Shown: positions 61,501 through 64,000 of the stretch, in pieces
Numbering within the stretch: position 1 is the first letter of the stretch
How the letters are laid out: each line of letters opens with the position of its first letter
NCBI GenBank assembly: GCA_000708835.1
Contig: DF237067.1
Location: 126,110 to 190,109 of the forward strand
Source: Klebsormidium nitens
Taxonomy: Eukaryota > Plantae > Klebsormidiophyceae
Length of the DNA: 64,000 nt
Direction: 5' to 3'
Translations under genes and position numbers: made by a program
Notes under the pieces: model-generated
What the model saw: the letters and a program-made list of their open reading frames with translations, nothing else
Database searches by the model: none
What the model was told of the DNA's origin: nothing

Positions 61501-63602
61501 TGGCGGGCGCAGCCTTTCTCACCACGTCATCGAATTGCCCCTGCGCAGTACAAATGAAAACAAAGCGAAGTTGGACGCAGGGCTTCATTCACCAGGACAG
61601 ACCAACTTCCGGGGCTGCGAAGACCTTCTAAGTCTTCCTGCGACCATTGCGCATAGCCCTCCCCTTCCAAAACGGGTGACAAGACTGGAGATCAACAAAC
61701 GAGCAATCTGCTGGAATTTACCTGTGAGCTAGTGTGTCTGGACTCCGGGACGAATGGAGTTGTCTCCTCCAAAGAGGAACTTGCACACTTGCCGGCATGC
61801 TTAGCACCGGGTCGATGCTTGAACAAAGGCTACCCGCACATACCTCGATGATTCTCTTCTTGATGATGTCCTCCAGGCTTGCCGTCACCTCCTCGGTGAT
61901 GACAGGCGCTGGCCGCTGTGCGTGCTCAAAGTCGAGGTCGACTTCCAATGCACTGTTGAGTGGACGCTTGCCAGCAGTGGCCTGTAAAAGAAGGGCCACT
62001 CAGCAGGGGGTATGACTCCACCCAGTCTTTTCCCTCCCAAAGCAGCAGCTAATACTAGGTTTACGAGGAAATGCAATTTGCAAAGAAAAGAACAATGATA
62101 ACACAGATTGCGAGGGCTTGGCTATGTTTGAACTGTCAGTTGAAATGTGGGTGTAGAAGAAGTCCCAATGCAGGAATCACCAGCTGCGCCCTGCAGTCCG
62201 CTTCATTGGCACAGCGGAGGCGAAGGACCTTGAAGTCTGAGGAGCCAGGAAATGACCTTACCTCCCCCACCATAGTCCAGCTTTTCTCCTCCACGTTCGC
62301 CTTTTCTAGCTGCGCGATCCTTTCCCTGGTGCGCGCAAGCCGCCTCTCATGAGCCGAAAGACCCTGCACGATCCAAAAGCTGATCAAGAAACGTTTCAAC
62401 GTCTACTGCTTTAACGTCCAAAGTTTGAAACAGGATGTTTTGAATTCTACCACATTGGACCCAACTCGTTCGACACTCGTCAACGCCAGGGTCCCAGATT
62501 TTCCATAGGGTGCTGGCAGATGCAAGGTCAGAAGAATCGAATGGGATACAAAGAATGAAGCCATGCTTGACCCATTTTAAAAGTGAAGAATTGGAAATGG
62601 ACAGATTTTCTGATGCAAGTGTATCACCATGATCCAAGTGTCCTCAAAAGAGAGTGTCCTCTGAAAGCTCACTTCAGCACCACCCACTTCTAGTTCCTCA
62701 TCTCCCTCCTCATCCTCCTCCAGTCCAGGCCCCTCGTCATCCATTCCATCGTCCAGCTCTTCATCATCGCTAAATGCCTCCCCGCCCCAGTCATCTTCCT
62801 CCCTTTTATCCCGCCTTTTCGACTCCTTCCTCCTACCACCGTCTCTCTTTCCATAGAACTCTTCGTACTTTATCCCCTCTTCCTCGGAGCCTTCATCGCC
62901 TTCGGCGTCCTCTTCCTCATCTTCTTGACCGTCATCTCTCTGCCCTCTCTCCTCTGCATCCTGCAGAAACTTTTCCATGTCCCCCAATGAGAGGAACTCA
63001 TCCTCCACTGGCTGCTGCCCTTTCTTCCCCGACACACCCGCCTTGCCACCACTCTCCCGTCTATCATCCAAACCCTCTCCCTCTTCATCGTCCTCGAAAT
63101 CTTCCTCATCGAAGTCGTCTGAATCAAACCTTGGCCCACCCTCTCCTCCGCTCTCTGAACCAGTACCCAGTTCCTCTTCCTCGTCCAAACCGTTACCCTC
63201 TGCCACCTCATCGCCAAGCTTTTCATCGGGCACGGATAGCAGCGCTTCCGTCCCCTCCCCCTCCGCCCTGCGCACCACCTTCCTGATCCTTTTTTTCAGC
63301 TTAGCCAGAACCGGCTGCGATTGCATCTCCAATTGCAACCATATTTGCTCCGCATCGAACCCCTCTGAGTGCAGCTCAGGCAATGCCACCTTTCCATTGA
63401 GCAAGCCATCCTTTGCTGACGTCAAGTAAGCTGCGGTGAAGTCAAAGAGGTCCTTGGCAGCGCTCCTGACAGTCGATGCAAGATCAGCAGACGGCGCAAG
63501 GAACGCCGTCGGCTCAAGCGTCTCTTGTCCAAGAGCGGCTACCGCTGTTGTCATGAGAGCCTTGCCACCCGGTGCTCCTGGGGCCATGACAGGCACCCCC
63601 AT
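58578..63602 (-). CDS. MPP10: U3 snoRNP protein Mpp10
   Basis: Exons 63602-62673, 62363-62262, 61981-61844, 61540-61430, 61213-61139, 60588-60288, 59218-59040, 58694-58578. Motifs [12 protein letters not shown], a long acidic tract, [43 protein letters not shown] and [14 protein letters not shown]. The start ATG is uncertain (63602, 63587 or 63554). Confidence 0.93.
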
Positions 63603-63612
63603 GGCCCACAGA

Positions 63613-63654
63613 TTTTCTCTTGACAGTGCGCAAGGTTTTCTCTTGACAGTGCGC
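63613..63654. repeat. 19-bp direct repeat just upstream of the MPP10 ATG
   Basis: TTTTCTCTTGACAGTGCGC at 63613-63631 and 63636-63654, with a 4-bp spacer. Confidence 0.8.
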
Positions 63655-64000
63655 GCTTTGCTCCTCCCTGCCCTTTTCAGGCTTGACTCTGATCCGCCAT
63701 GACTCGTATGACTAAGACTCTGAGTCTGAGGGCTAACCACAGTCTGAGTTGGCACAGGCTGAGACAAGTTGGCAGACGTCTCGCACTGTTGAGGTGGATC
63801 CAGGTGGATCCAAAAATGGAGCTTTCCCAGCGACAACGGCTGTACAATCGGTAACGGGGCTGTGGCGAGCGTGTAGCTGCTTGAGAAACGGCAGAACAAG
63901 CTGCCGGTCGAGAGGAGCGTCTCGAATACGACCCTGGCTTGCATTTTGCGCCCGACAAACTTCGCAGTTCACTTCGCCTTTACTCCAATGCAACTGTAAC

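Noticed and set aside
63603-63944. N-terminal extension of the 455-aa ORF upstream of MPP10
   Set aside because: No resemblance to Mpp10, and it contains the 19-bp repeat. More likely 5'UTR that is open by chance.
95-63993. Many 60-200 aa ORFs antisense to or overlapping exons (e.g. 13034-13741, 15490-15951, 29584-30219, 42994-43398, 62774-63429)
   Set aside because: These are shadow ORFs of GC-rich coding exons. The opposite frame carries the recognisable family motifs and splice signals.
1-64000. Prokaryotic defence island, operon or prophage interpretation
   Set aside because: Every recognisable gene is split by spliceosomal introns and several have transit peptides. No cas, integrase, transposase, restriction-modification or viral hallmark gene was recognised.

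Overview
Eukaryotic nuclear DNA with intron-rich genes, so the six-frame ORF track only shows exon fragments. Gene content and intron style point to a green plant-lineage alga, most likely a streptophyte such as Klebsormidium (inference). I assembled 12 spliced genes by hand from splice sites and reading frames: plastid shikimate kinase (-, runs off the left edge), GnT-II/MGAT2 (+), plastid glutamyl endopeptidase CGEP (-), plastid RsmD methyltransferase (+), an NPF/WGDF/PDLSFM-motif aftiphilin-like protein (+), a BTB/POZ protein (-), a fungal-looking SDR (-), a CHLH2/BchH-type Mg-chelatase H subunit (-, about 25 exons), an ASCH-domain protein (+), plastid Iojap/RsfS (-), a LEA protein (+) and MPP10 (-). 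There is also a frameshifted ORF remnant at 30.3-31.4 kb and a TA-flanked MITE at 46.6-47.0 kb. The best leads are: (1) the ASCH protein ends in a module resembling bacterial polymorphic-toxin RNase domains; (2) a two-exon SDR that looks ascomycete-like, sitting in a gene-poor patch; (3) CHLH2 with an extra N-terminal coiled-coil region; (4) the aftiphilin-like adaptor; (5) a LEA with reversed domain order. No tRNA, rRNA or CRISPR array was recognised. All family assignments come from motif recognition and recall, not from database searches.
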